From assembly GCA_900771955.1 (NCBI GenBank), contig CAAGPW010000167.1:15951-79950 (forward strand): a stretch of DNA of 64,000 bases, written 5' to 3'. The notes under the pieces were generated by a model. The model searched no databases. It worked only from the letters and a program-made list of their open reading frames with translations, and was not told the DNA's origin. Made by a program: the position numbers and the translations under genes. Origin of the DNA: Lachnospiraceae bacterium. Its GTDB lineage: Bacteria; Bacillota; Clostridia; Lachnospirales; Lachnospiraceae. Positions 9,096 to 18,203 of this stretch are shown piece after piece; position 1 is the stretch's first letter, and each line of letters begins with the position of its first letter.

Positions 9096-9938
9096 TTGAA
9101 TATATCTGAAGAGAAAGAAATAATTGCATCGGCCCAGTCTATCGACTGTCCGGCGGAAGCGCATAAAGAACTCATAAACCTGCTGTGGTCCGAGCACAGT
9201 AGCTTTATAGCGGGACAGGTTTCGCATTTTTTCCGCAATAGTAATTATTGCGATTATGCAGACATCTATCAGGAATCCTTTCTCACTTTTTATGACGTCG
9301 TAATGAAATTTGATATTTCCCGAAACAATCGTCTGCGGACAGCCTTACTGCTGCCGCTCCATCATACGTTTTATCAATATATCAGTCGGGAAAACGGCCG
9401 TACCATTCACGAGAATCAGATGGTAACTCATTTTCAGGTTGTATTGGATCGTTACGGACTTACCGGTCAGGAGGATCTGGAGATTCTGACCCAATACTAT
9501 AACCTGACCTATCCTGCCAGTCCGATCACTGCAAAATCCATGTTCAAATACCGCCAATATTACCTGATGGGTTACAAAACCTCTCTGGATACAGTTGCGT
9601 ATGAATTCATGCCGGACGATTTCTCCGTCGAAAATCATATCGCATTACACGACACCAGAGAACAGTTACAGAAATGCATAACTGCTTTCAAAAAAACGGA
9701 ACAGCAATCACTGCTGCTGTTTTTGTTTCGCTTAAGCGATCATATCACACTGAATGGAATTCATTACGGAAATGATTTAAAGCATTTTCCCAAAAAACAA
9801 TTTAAGTGTTCTCTGGATAAACTGTTGCCAAGATTATTGAATGTTATGTACCAGAACGGATTGATTACAGAGAAATCCATGGAGGAATTTTATTTCTTTT
9901 TAGAAAGTTATTATGCCGATATACAGGCCGCGGGGTAG
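9096..9938 (+). CDS. Hypothetical protein, possibly a sigma-70/ECF-like regulator.
   Basis: Weak region-2-like DIYQESFLTFYDVV and region-4-like segments. TTG start in the ORF track. Confidence 0.3.
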   Translation: MNISEEKEIIASAQSIDCPAEAHKELINLLWSEHSSFIAGQVSHFFRNSNYCDYADIYQESFLTFYDVVMKFDISRNNRLRTALLLPLHHTFYQYISRENGRTIHENQMVTHFQVVLDRYGLTGQEDLEILTQYYNLTYPASPITAKSMFKYRQYYLMGYKTSLDTVAYEFMPDDFSVENHIALHDTREQLQKCITAFKKTEQQSLLLFLFRLSDHITLNGIHYGNDLKHFPKKQFKCSLDKLLPRLLNVMYQNGLITEKSMEEFYFFLESYYADIQAAG

Positions 9939-9964
9939 GCGGGTGTAAATCGGCATAATAGAGG

Positions 9965-10243
9965 CTATTCGATGGAAAAAACACTCATCAGCAGTCTAAA
10001 CCTTTCATCTGAAAGCTGATCTTTCTCCGCAAGATTGGAAACCAATCTCAAGATCTCCATTTTTTCACTATGTCGCATCATTTCTACCTGCATTTTGGCT
10101 TGATAAAGAAGTTCGCGGTTATTAGGCGCACTCAGCAATTTTTTTAAGATTCCACCCAAACCATATGAAATTGGTACAATAGCTCCATACAACCTCTCCA
10201 TCCCAACCTCCTCATAATTTGCATCTATAATTTCCTTTGCCAT
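9965..10243 (-). CDS. Small hypothetical protein.
   Basis: ORF present. Shares an AEKxQLS(D/E)E motif with the overlapping neighbour, suggesting duplication. Confidence 0.3.
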   Translation of the reverse strand: MAKEIIDANYEEVGMERLYGAIVPISYGLGGILKKLLSAPNNRELLYQAKMQVEMMRHSEKMEILRLVSNLAEKDQLSDERFRLLMSVFSIE

Positions 10244-10484
10244 CTTCGTGTATCCTCTCTTTCAAGTGCATTTTCAAGAAAATTTCACATTTTTCTTCGG
10301 ATAACTGTCCTTTTTCTGCCAGCAATATTGCACATTGGATCATCTTCTTGCGCAGTTGCCTCTCCTGTTGCTCCTTCCACATAATATATTCCCATTCCTG
10401 ATCAGCTCCATTGATTGCCCTTTTACTAAAACAAAACGTATTCCCCCCCTTCTTTAAAATAGCTTCCGTCGGTTGCGGTATCAT
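10212..10484 (-). CDS. Small hypothetical protein (paralogous motif to 9965-10243).
   Basis: ORF present. Contains LLAEKGQLSEEKCEIF. Confidence 0.3.
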   Translation of the reverse strand: MIPQPTEAILKKGGNTFCFSKRAINGADQEWEYIMWKEQQERQLRKKMIQCAILLAEKGQLSEEKCEIFLKMHLKERIHEDGKGNYRCKL

Positions 10485-11119
10485 CTGTATCCCTCCATTT
10501 CCAGGAGACCAACCATGATATTTACATTGTGTTGCTCGTTGCTGTTCAATTCCTCATACGAAACATTTCTCCACTTTCCTTTCATCTGCGCATACCATTC
10601 CTTAGCCTCAAATGTGCGAGCCATCTCTCCTCCTTTTTCGAACGCTTGTCCATGTAATGCGTATATATAATTGATATAAAATTGCAGGATCCTGACGTCC
10701 CCTCGTCCCTGCGCCTGTTGATAAACTTCGTCTTCTGTCAGGCACTCGGTTATACATCTCTCTATAAACAGCTCGTCCGTATCATAGGTTTGTCCCTGAT
10801 CTACTACCACCTTCTTTTCTTTTTTATCCTCTTCTATTTGGACATTTTTCTCTTGTGTGTGGCCGAGCATCTTTTCATCGCTTAAAGAAGCCACGATCTC
10901 AAATACCAGCAAGATAGCGGCCAGTAATAACAGTACCATGAAGCAAATTCTTACTAAATTTGCCCCAATTCGTCGGAGTTTTCTCATGTTAAAAGCCAGA
11001 TATTCTGTCTCGTACAAGGCCTTCTCTTTCGTTGCCAGATCATATTGTCTTCTTCTTACATAAACAATACTTTGCTTTCGCCAATTTTTCTGGTTCTCTA
11101 CAGTACAGGAATAATCCAT
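10481..11119 (-). CDS. Single-pass membrane protein with an extracytoplasmic YARHG-like domain.
   Basis: One TM helix (ICFMVLLLLAAILLVFEIV). C-terminal NYIYALHGQAF matches the YARHG motif. Confidence 0.45.
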   Translation of the reverse strand: MDYSCTVENQKNWRKQSIVYVRRRQYDLATKEKALYETEYLAFNMRKLRRIGANLVRICFMVLLLLAAILLVFEIVASLSDEKMLGHTQEKNVQIEEDKKEKKVVVDQGQTYDTDELFIERCITECLTEDEVYQQAQGRGDVRILQFYINYIYALHGQAFEKGGEMARTFEAKEWYAQMKGKWRNVSYEELNSNEQHNVNIMVGLLEMEGYR

Positions 11120-11288
11120 ATTCCACCTCCGATTTCTTGAAACCCTATTTTCTCTTGTTCCTACACCTCATATTTATGATAATGCCAATTAGATTATTCC
11201 ACAATTATTACTTTTTATTACAAATTATTCCAAAAATATGCAATTTGCATTACCTGTATACGACTAGATATCTAAATAATATACAAAG

Positions 11289-11321
11289 AATCCGTATCAC
11301 ATTAAATTTCAGCGATACGGA
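11289..11321. terminator. Hairpin downstream of the XRE regulator gene.
   Basis: aatccgtatc ... gatacggatt 10-bp stem with a T-rich flank on the minus strand. Confidence 0.35.
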
Positions 11322-11341
11322 TTTCCCCATTTTAAAAATTC

Positions 11342-12435
11342 TTATTCTTTTTGATCTTTATAGTATCCTCGTGATATCAATAATTGCCTTACTGTATCAT
11401 CAAGCTTTTTACTGACTTTGTTATATCTATTTTTTAAGGCTTTATCCCTTATAACAGATATATATTCGGGTATTTTTTTCTTATCATCCACAAGTTCTGT
11501 GATACTTCGAATCAAATTTTCCTTAAATTCATAAACGCTTTTGGGCGTAATCTGTTTTTTCAATTGCTCTAATATCTCCTGCGGAATCAATTCCTCCTTT
11601 TCCAAAGACTCCATATCTTCTTCACTTAAGATAATATCAGAGCAATTCATATTTAACATGGGCAGAATTAACTTTAAGTCTTCCTCTTTCAATTGCTGCC
11701 TTGAAAAAAACATTCTATGCACTGTCGGATAATGGCTTTCTCCAGCAGACACTGTCAGCACTTCTGCCATGCGACAATCCAATGGTGTTTTATTTAAATA
11801 TATATGTCGAAATGCCAAGAAACAAATTTCACTTAATTTATTACTTTTTAAAATGCAGTAACAACTCTGTAACCGATTCGATACGATAAGTGATCCCTCA
11901 TAATTTTTGCAGAAACTTCTGGCCGCAGGATCCTGTTTAGACGGGACATTAAGTTCCACGCTAACAGTATAGTCTGCAGAATCATCAGAGATTTTCATGA
12001 TACCCGTCAAAACATTTTTTTCAGAAGAAATAGTAGGGTATAAATAACAGTAATAAGTGCCTACATAACCATTAAATGCCTGATGATTTATATCCGTTAT
12101 TAATCCCTCCTGCGCAAGATCAAAATTACTTTTCAAATTATTAATAGAGAGTTTGTTTCCTTTTCCTCTTGCCACTTCTTGCAGATCTTGTGTAACCAAC
12201 TCCTCCAAGGAAACGTCAAAAATTTCACAGCACTTTATTAAAAACGGAATCGAACAATAATTGCCCTCCGAACCATTTACATATTTGGAAATCGTTCCCT
12301 GATTAATTTCCAAATCGTGTTCTTCCATTACCCTTCTTAAATGATTTTGACTATACCCGTCCCGTTTCATAAGGTAATTTAAATTCTTTGAAATCTTTTT
12401 GTTAAATTCTTTTTTCTTCTCTAACAAACTTGACA
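11342..12435 (-). CDS. XRE-family helix-turn-helix transcriptional regulator with a C-terminal domain of unknown function.
   Basis: HTH segment GYSQNHLRRVMEEHDLEINQGTISKYVNG. RBS AAGGAG lies 9 nt upstream of the ATG at 12435 (MSSLLEKKKEF). Confidence 0.7.
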
Positions 12436-12656
12436 TAATTTTTCTTCTCCTTATCATACGCAGTTCTCTCGCCACTTATATATTACAAGAAGTTACGGTC
12501 AAATAATTCTTCAACTGAGCTTTAAAAGTTCCAGCTTCCATCCCAGCCCCCTTTCGTACTTTCCTTTTATCCTTTAGATAAATGAGTGTTTTAATATTTC
12601 CTCTTTTACTTTGAATTCTTATGTATATGATACTATACTTTTCACTATTATTACAT

Positions 12657-12691
12657 TTCGATTTATCGAATACGGTTTTCGATTTATCGAA
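12657..12691. promoter_or_regulatory. Two tandem copies of the palindrome TTCGATttATCGAA, 21 bp apart, upstream of the XRE regulator gene. Candidate autoregulatory operator.
   Basis: Seen directly at 12657-12670 and 12678-12691. Confidence 0.3.
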
Positions 12692-12706
12692 ATAAAAATA
12701 ATGGCA

Positions 12707-12728
12707 CCGATTTGCCCCAGCAAATCGA
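12707..12728. terminator. Hairpin terminator downstream of the metalloprotease gene.
   Basis: ccgatttgc/gcaaatcga stem followed by a T-run on the minus strand. Confidence 0.4.
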
Positions 12729-12761
12729 TGCCTTCATCCCTATATATAATCCTCTTCCTTA

Positions 12762-15245
12762 CTATCCCCTATCACTTTTATCCCGCATTTTCCACTTTAC
12801 CCATGCAATCCAGCCGGCAATAACAACGCACAGGCCAATCCCGGCGACTACCAGCCACACAATACCTCCCGGCTGTTCTTCCGCCGCTTGTCCGGCGGGT
12901 TGTGAGGTGTCCTGTTTGTGGCCTATCACGATAGTATCCTCCGGTCTCTCTGTCGCCTTTGGCTCTTCAGATGCTGTTTCCGCTGGTTCCTTCGTTGCCG
13001 CTGGCCCTTTTGTCGTACTGGGAGTCTCTGTGGCCGCTGGCATTTTCATCGCGCTAGGTGTCTCCGTACTCGTTGGTGCTTTTGTCGCACTAGGTGTCTC
13101 CGTTGCTGCAGGTTCTTTCGTCGCACTAGGTGTCTCCGTTGCTGCAGGCGCTTTCGTCGCACTGGGCGTCTCCGTTGCTGCAGGCGCCTTCGTCGCACTG
13201 GGCGTCTCCGTTGCTGCAGGCGCTTTCGTCGCACTGGGCGTCTCTGTGGCCGCTGGCTCGTTTGTTACAGCAGGAACCCCCGTTGTCTCCGGTTCTTTCG
13301 TTGTACCGGGCGCTTCCGTCACCGCTGGAGCCTCTGTGGCCGTCGGTTCTTTCGTCTCTGTCGGGTTTTCCGCAGATCTCGTTACGGTGAATTCTGCTTC
13401 GGCAACTCCACCTGCAGATACGATACCAACAACATGCTTTCCATCGGCTAATGTCGCAATACATTCCGGTAACAAATGAACAATAATGCTCCCGGATTCC
13501 ACAGTATAATCCGCATCACGGACAAGTTCTTTCCCGTCCAGTTCTACGCGGATAAAATCATCAAATGCTGCATCCGACCGAAAAGTAGCTGTTTCGGCAT
13601 TTGCCGCATCAATCTGAGCACCCTCGCCCTCAATAATACTTGGCGCTGTTTTGGGAATAGATGTCCCCTTCTGTAATTCCTTGCCGCAGTCCTTACAGTA
13701 CAAGTCACCGGTATACCCGTTTTCCGTACTGTTTGGTTCCTTTCTGTCTCTCAGCTCCGTATTTTTATGATTGTCCGGATCCACATCCCCGTAGGCCTGC
13801 TGGCACACGGAGCAGATGGCTCTGGCGATGCAGGTAGCCTCTCCACCAGTATGAACATGCTCTTCTCCGATTCCCTTTATTTCAAAAGTCAGCACATTAT
13901 CCGCAATCTCCGTTACTGTAATGCTGATCTTCTCTGTGATTAATATATCTTCACCGGCCGCCAGTGCCGCATCATTTTTCGTGGCATGCTCTCCACCCAG
14001 AACCTCATAATTCCATCTGGGAGCACTGAAATTCATATTGCTGGGGAATTTTGTGTTGCTATCTACCAAATAGCATACCAGCCCTGATTTCAGAAAAATT
14101 GCATCCACCCGGGATTCGTTGGCCTTATACAGATTCTTTATCTGCGAATCATAATTATTTCCTGTCTCCGTGAAATTTCTGTATTCAAGATACAGTGTCT
14201 TGTCTTTTCCCGGAACATCCATCTTATACCCTGTAGCAAGAGAATTACCGCCGGTTCCCAATGCTGCCAGTCTATAATTTCCATCCGCTGCAAGCACAGG
14301 CAGATCCTCAGCATTGATCCATCCCAATGCCTCCTGTTCTTTCACCGAAATAAACTGCGGTACCGGAGAGATCGGCTTTGCCATAACCGACATAAAGTAT
14401 ACCGGAGAAGCATTCGCGGAATTATACAGATCCTTCAGTCCCATAATATGTCCTGTTTCATGGATCACTGTTCCCAGAGATATGAGGACATTTCCCGTTT
14501 TATCCTTATACAAATAACCATTCGTATCTCCGTCTCCCTTTGCATAGGAGTTCGTCAGTTGGACATAGTTTGCGCTTGTCAGCGTGACAGAGCCTGTATT
14601 TATTGTGACATAGTTCGCATAATCCTTATAATTCCACAGTGGCGAAGCCCAGCTCACCGAAATATTGCTTTGCGTCGTATTTTTATAAATAATTGTGATA
14701 GCATCTATAATGCCGTCTCCATTCTTATCCAGATCCGCATAGCTGTATTCCCGGGTTCCATCATAATTGGTGATCCTGTTTCCAGCAGCTATCGCATCAT
14801 TAATGGCCTTGGACCAGTCTAGTTTTAAGTCGTACATACGGCCATATTGTTCGACATTGCCCTGATATCCGAGGGTATTATCCGCACTATACTCCGCATA
14901 ATACCCTCTGGGATGAGACAGTGTCAATGAACCGCCTCCCGCAAACAGGTATACACTGTTCATGCGTAATTTTCCCGATGATACCGACTGGAAATAATCA
15001 GCCACATTATAACCCGCTGTATTGTAGGAATTGTCCGTAATCTTACGCACGGTGGTGTCTTCATATACATTATCTATAAATTCGTCTTCCCCGGAAAACT
15101 TTACAAAGACGATCAGGTTGGTAAAATTGCTTTCTGTCGAAACCGCTGTCGGCTCAACCTCCGCCGCCCGACTTATAAATGGTTCATTAAAAAATGTATT
15201 TGCTGCCAATACAAGCAGCAGTATCTTACAAAGTATCTTTTTCAT
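12762..15245 (-). CDS. Secreted zinc metalloprotease (HExxH zincin) with a Thr/Pro/Ala-rich repeat stalk and a C-terminal transmembrane anchor.
   Basis: Signal peptide MKKILCKILLLVLAANTF. Active-site motif VIHETGHIMGLKDLY. Multiple copies of PSATKAPAATET. C-terminal hydrophobic segment IVWLVVAGIGLCVVIAGWIAWV followed by KWKMRDK. Confidence 0.65.
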   Translation of the reverse strand: MKKILCKILLLVLAANTFFNEPFISRAAEVEPTAVSTESNFTNLIVFVKFSGEDEFIDNVYEDTTVRKITDNSYNTAGYNVADYFQSVSSGKLRMNSVYLFAGGGSLTLSHPRGYYAEYSADNTLGYQGNVEQYGRMYDLKLDWSKAINDAIAAGNRITNYDGTREYSYADLDKNGDGIIDAITIIYKNTTQSNISVSWASPLWNYKDYANYVTINTGSVTLTSANYVQLTNSYAKGDGDTNGYLYKDKTGNVLISLGTVIHETGHIMGLKDLYNSANASPVYFMSVMAKPISPVPQFISVKEQEALGWINAEDLPVLAADGNYRLAALGTGGNSLATGYKMDVPGKDKTLYLEYRNFTETGNNYDSQIKNLYKANESRVDAIFLKSGLVCYLVDSNTKFPSNMNFSAPRWNYEVLGGEHATKNDAALAAGEDILITEKISITVTEIADNVLTFEIKGIGEEHVHTGGEATCIARAICSVCQQAYGDVDPDNHKNTELRDRKEPNSTENGYTGDLYCKDCGKELQKGTSIPKTAPSIIEGEGAQIDAANAETATFRSDAAFDDFIRVELDGKELVRDADYTVESGSIIVHLLPECIATLADGKHVVGIVSAGGVAEAEFTVTRSAENPTETKEPTATEAPAVTEAPGTTKEPETTGVPAVTNEPAATETPSATKAPAATETPSATKAPAATETPSATKAPAATETPSATKEPAATETPSATKAPTSTETPSAMKMPAATETPSTTKGPAATKEPAETASEEPKATERPEDTIVIGHKQDTSQPAGQAAEEQPGGIVWLVVAGIGLCVVIAGWIAWVKWKMRDKSDRG
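13030..13270. repeat. Tandem in-frame 36-bp coding repeats (about 6 copies) encoding the TP-rich linker of the metalloprotease.
   Basis: Repeating unit ctaggtgtctccgttgctgcaggcgctttcgtcgca is seen directly. Confidence 0.7.
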
Positions 15246-15263
15246 CGTCCAACACCTTATCAA

Positions 15264-15620
15264 TAATATACTGCGGACGCCCCTTCACTTCAAAATTCAT
15301 TTTTCCAATATACAGGGCGATCACTGCCAGATTTATCACAATAATATCCGTAAACAGAAATCCCAGTGCCACCATAGCATATACAACGGTTTTATGCTGA
15401 ATGCTGTAACACCGTCTGTGGCCAGATGAAGCATTTTAGACATATTGTATTTTGAATATCCCGCCGCTCTTTCATGCCCTTCAAAGTAAACATAATCATG
15501 CTGGTATCCCAGAGAAGGAAATATCCCTCGCATAAAAATACTCTGCTCCTTGTATTTCCGCAACTCTTTCAATACCGGGTTGGCGACTTTCAAGATAACC
15601 GATATCACGTTTGATGTATG
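15264..15620 (-). pseudogene. 3' remnant of a GtrB-like polyprenyl-phosphate glycosyltransferase (GT2).
   Basis: The frame encodes YVYFEGHERAAGYSKYNMSKMLHLATDGVTAFSIKPLY, which matches the conserved C-terminal region of GtrB/ArnC-type enzymes. There is no intact N-terminal GT domain. It abuts the IS remnant. Confidence 0.4.
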
Positions 15621-16151
15621 CTAACTGTTTACGAATGATTGCTCTGATTTTCTTAGTGCTGCGTTTCTTTGCTTTCGCAAGTGCAAGGTAGTTCTTTCTG
15701 GCTTGCCTGCGATACATACGTGGTCTTGAAAATCCATAACTTTTACAGAAACGGATGATGATAGTCTCCAGTTTTTCTCTGGCTTCATTGAGCAATGAGA
15801 AATCCTGTTCAGGTTCTGTTTTTGATTCGCCATCTCCTAATACGGATTTTCAGTCAATTGATCCACCAATTCTCTGTCAGAATACTGATACTTGGTTTGG
15901 ATGATTAGCGAACCAAGGGCAAGACGCAGAGTTTTTGCAACGCGTCCATTCTTTCCTTTGAACAGACGGGAGTATTTCTTTTCGAATATTTCCCATGGGA
16001 TGTCATCTTCCATCTTTACCCATCTGTTTTCAGGATTCATATGAAGCCCTATTGGCTGGTTAAAACTGAGGAAGTTGCTTTGTGTATTATCAGTACATTT
16101 ATACATTGATTTTTCACTCCTGTAAGGGTACTTTTCTATAGAAAACTGCAC
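15496..16151 (-). mobile_element. Fragmented IS1182/IS5-superfamily transposase, degraded into 3 or more ORF pieces.
   Basis: The N-terminal piece PIGLHMNPENRWVKMEDDIPWEIFEKKYSRLFKGKNGRVAKTLRLALGSLIIQTKYQYSDRELVDQLTENPY is a typical DUF772 transposase N-terminus. The downstream pieces are out of frame. Confidence 0.6.
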
Positions 16152-16389
16152 GTAAAAAGATTTGATTACTTATAAAACCGTGCACTTTATTATATCATTT
16201 TCGAGTGAAAAATGCAGTAAAATCAATGGTTTCAAGCTGTTTTTCTATTAATCAGCAGACACTAATTAGATTATTTAAGGCTCATTTTTTGAAACATAGC
16301 GACAGTTATGTTTATTTCTTGCGTTCATTTTTACGTCCAAGAATAATATTTACTTTTCAAAGTTCAATGCCAGAGTTTTACTGGCATGA

Positions 16390-16602
16390 TCACTCAAGAT
16401 TCCGAGAGATCATTGCATTATTCGTATGGAAAATATGCGCACCATACTTGTGGAAATTGATGCCTTCTATCTTCTCTGTATAGATATTTCCCGCAATGTT
16501 TGGCCTCTTATCGATGACCAGAACAGACTTTCCGTGCGCCTTCGCCTGCTACGCAAATGTAGCTCCGTATAAGCCAGAGCCAACCACTAAATAATCATAC
16601 AT
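16390..16602 (-). pseudogene. glf: 5' fragment of UDP-galactopyranose mutase (glf) with an in-frame TAG at codon 18 and a truncation.
   Basis: Manual translation gives MYDYLVVGSGLYGATFA*QAKAHGKSVLVIDKRPNIAGNIYTEKIEGINFHKYGAHIFHTNN. The intact glf at 36367 reads MKYDYVIVGSGLFGAVFAHEAKTVGKKILVIDKRPHIGGNIYTERIEGINVHKYGAHIFHTNN. Confidence 0.6.
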
Positions 16603-16618
16603 ACCTAACGCCTCATTT

Positions 16619-17662
16619 CTATATTTCTATCATCCGCTTGACCCCGGGAATGCGCTTCATAACAGTGCATGCTACGGCGCTTATAACCAGAATGCCAACA
16701 AAAAAGGCAATGGATGCTGCAACAGTATCTATTGTAAAAACAAAATTTGTCACTTTCAAAATTAACGGATGTACAATGTAAACACCCATTGTTATCGGTG
16801 CAATCTGTTTGATCACAGTTACCGCTCTTGCCCTAAGTTCAAGCCTCATCATGAAAGCAAACAGAACAATAACCCACGCCAATGTCAAAATATCGTCGTA
16901 GAAATACTCTGCATACAAATTGTGAAGAACAAAACGCCCCATAAAATTTTGATATATTACAACCATTCCTGTTACAGCAATCAGTAAAAATCCATGCTGA
17001 CGCACCGTAATCTTCTTGAGAAAAGTCTTACGCTCTGACAGCAATCCTCCTAAGAGAAAATATTGAATCCAAGTCCACACCCGGAACGTCTGGATAAAGT
17101 ATTTCTGGACAGGCTCTCCGCAAATATAGGATGCGATTTGAAAACCAAATCCGACGGTAAGGCAAACAGCCCAGACCAATTTTGTTTTATTCTGTAGCTT
17201 AAACAGTAATGTCAAAACCGCATAGAGAATCATCAGAGCACCAAGATACCAGAACTGCCATAAGGGTCCCTTTTGCAACAGACTCTTAGCGACAATGATT
17301 GGAAAGTCCAAAAAAGAGGCAAGTTCAAGCTGTCCTTTTCGAATATCAACAAGTAATTCCGCAGCATATATCACTAATGACCACAGCAACACAATGCGAA
17401 AAATCGAGACAATCTTTTTTATCGCATAGGAAATCGTTGCGTCGTTTCTTTGTAGCAGCACATATCCGCTACACATGAAAAACACTGGAACAGCGAAGCC
17501 GCAGCAGTAATACAATGTCAAATTAATAGCAGATAAATCCTTCTGTAGCGTGTGCAAGCCAACCACAGCAATACATGCGATAATCTTAAGAAGGTCAAGG
17601 TTATAGTTTCTGCTTGCTAACAGATTGTCGCTCACTGCCTCATGTGTGTCAATAGATACCAT
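16619..17662 (-). CDS. Acyltransferase family 3 membrane protein (polysaccharide O-acyltransferase).
   Basis: N-terminus NLDLLKIIACIAVVGLHTL and about 10 TM helices. RBS AAGGAGG upstream. Confidence 0.7.
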   Translation of the reverse strand: MVSIDTHEAVSDNLLASRNYNLDLLKIIACIAVVGLHTLQKDLSAINLTLYYCCGFAVPVFFMCSGYVLLQRNDATISYAIKKIVSIFRIVLLWSLVIYAAELLVDIRKGQLELASFLDFPIIVAKSLLQKGPLWQFWYLGALMILYAVLTLLFKLQNKTKLVWAVCLTVGFGFQIASYICGEPVQKYFIQTFRVWTWIQYFLLGGLLSERKTFLKKITVRQHGFLLIAVTGMVVIYQNFMGRFVLHNLYAEYFYDDILTLAWVIVLFAFMMRLELRARAVTVIKQIAPITMGVYIVHPLILKVTNFVFTIDTVAASIAFFVGILVISAVACTVMKRIPGVKRMIEI

Positions 17663-17828
17663 TAGAATTTTCCTCCTTGTCTATTCCTTCAACTTCTACA
17701 CCTGATCCGTCTTTATCGTGAAACTTGTCCGAGGTGCTTATTTTCCAATCCTTGTAAATATATTAATACACAGCCTATATTACTGTTATATTTGTGTTGT
17801 TCTGTAACCTTAATATGTATAAATGCTT

Positions 17829-18203
17829 TTAGCATTTCCATAATCCATGCAGGTTACAATATGCATATACTTCTTCTACCTGTTCACCATCGCAAAGACA
17901 AAAATCTGCTACCGGCTCCTGCCCTGGATTTAACTGTTTTCTGTATATTCCCTGGTTTGTATTTAATGTAATCCACTCAATGAAATGCTCTTCAAGCATT
18001 GGATGTTTTGTCTCTCCGACCACGACATGAACATGACTGCCTTCTATCGTATATACAGGTATATGCTTCTCAACAGCAGCATCTGTCACTCCGGCTTTTA
18101 ATTCCTGCATAGGTTCTCCACAACAGATTACAGGTACACCCTTATCCTTTACCTTTTCAACAATGTTTCCACAATGCTTACAAATATAATACCTTACTTC
18201 CAT
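17829..18203 (-). CDS. dfx: Desulfoferrodoxin (superoxide reductase).
   Basis: N-terminal desulforedoxin Cys cluster CKHCGN...VICCGEPM. C-terminal neelaredoxin-like HxH...C region. Confidence 0.8.
   Translation of the reverse strand: MEVRYYICKHCGNIVEKVKDKGVPVICCGEPMQELKAGVTDAAVEKHIPVYTIEGSHVHVVVGETKHPMLEEHFIEWITLNTNQGIYRKQLNPGQEPVADFCLCDGEQVEEVYAYCNLHGLWKC

Noticed and set aside
13030-13270. Possible CRISPR array suggested by 36-bp direct repeats.
   Set aside because: Repeats are contiguous with no spacers and sit in-frame inside a CDS encoding a PT-rich linker. No cas genes nearby.
12918-13451. 177-aa Arg/Cys-rich ORF (and 13046-13464 minus-strand ORFs) overlapping the metalloprotease repeat region.
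   Set aside because: Frame artefacts of the 36-bp tandem repeat. Extreme Arg/Cys/Leu composition and no RBS. The real gene is the opposite-strand metalloprotease.
16205-16483. 92-aa plus-strand ORF.
   Set aside because: Overlaps the antisense strand of the glf pseudogene fragment. Likely spurious.
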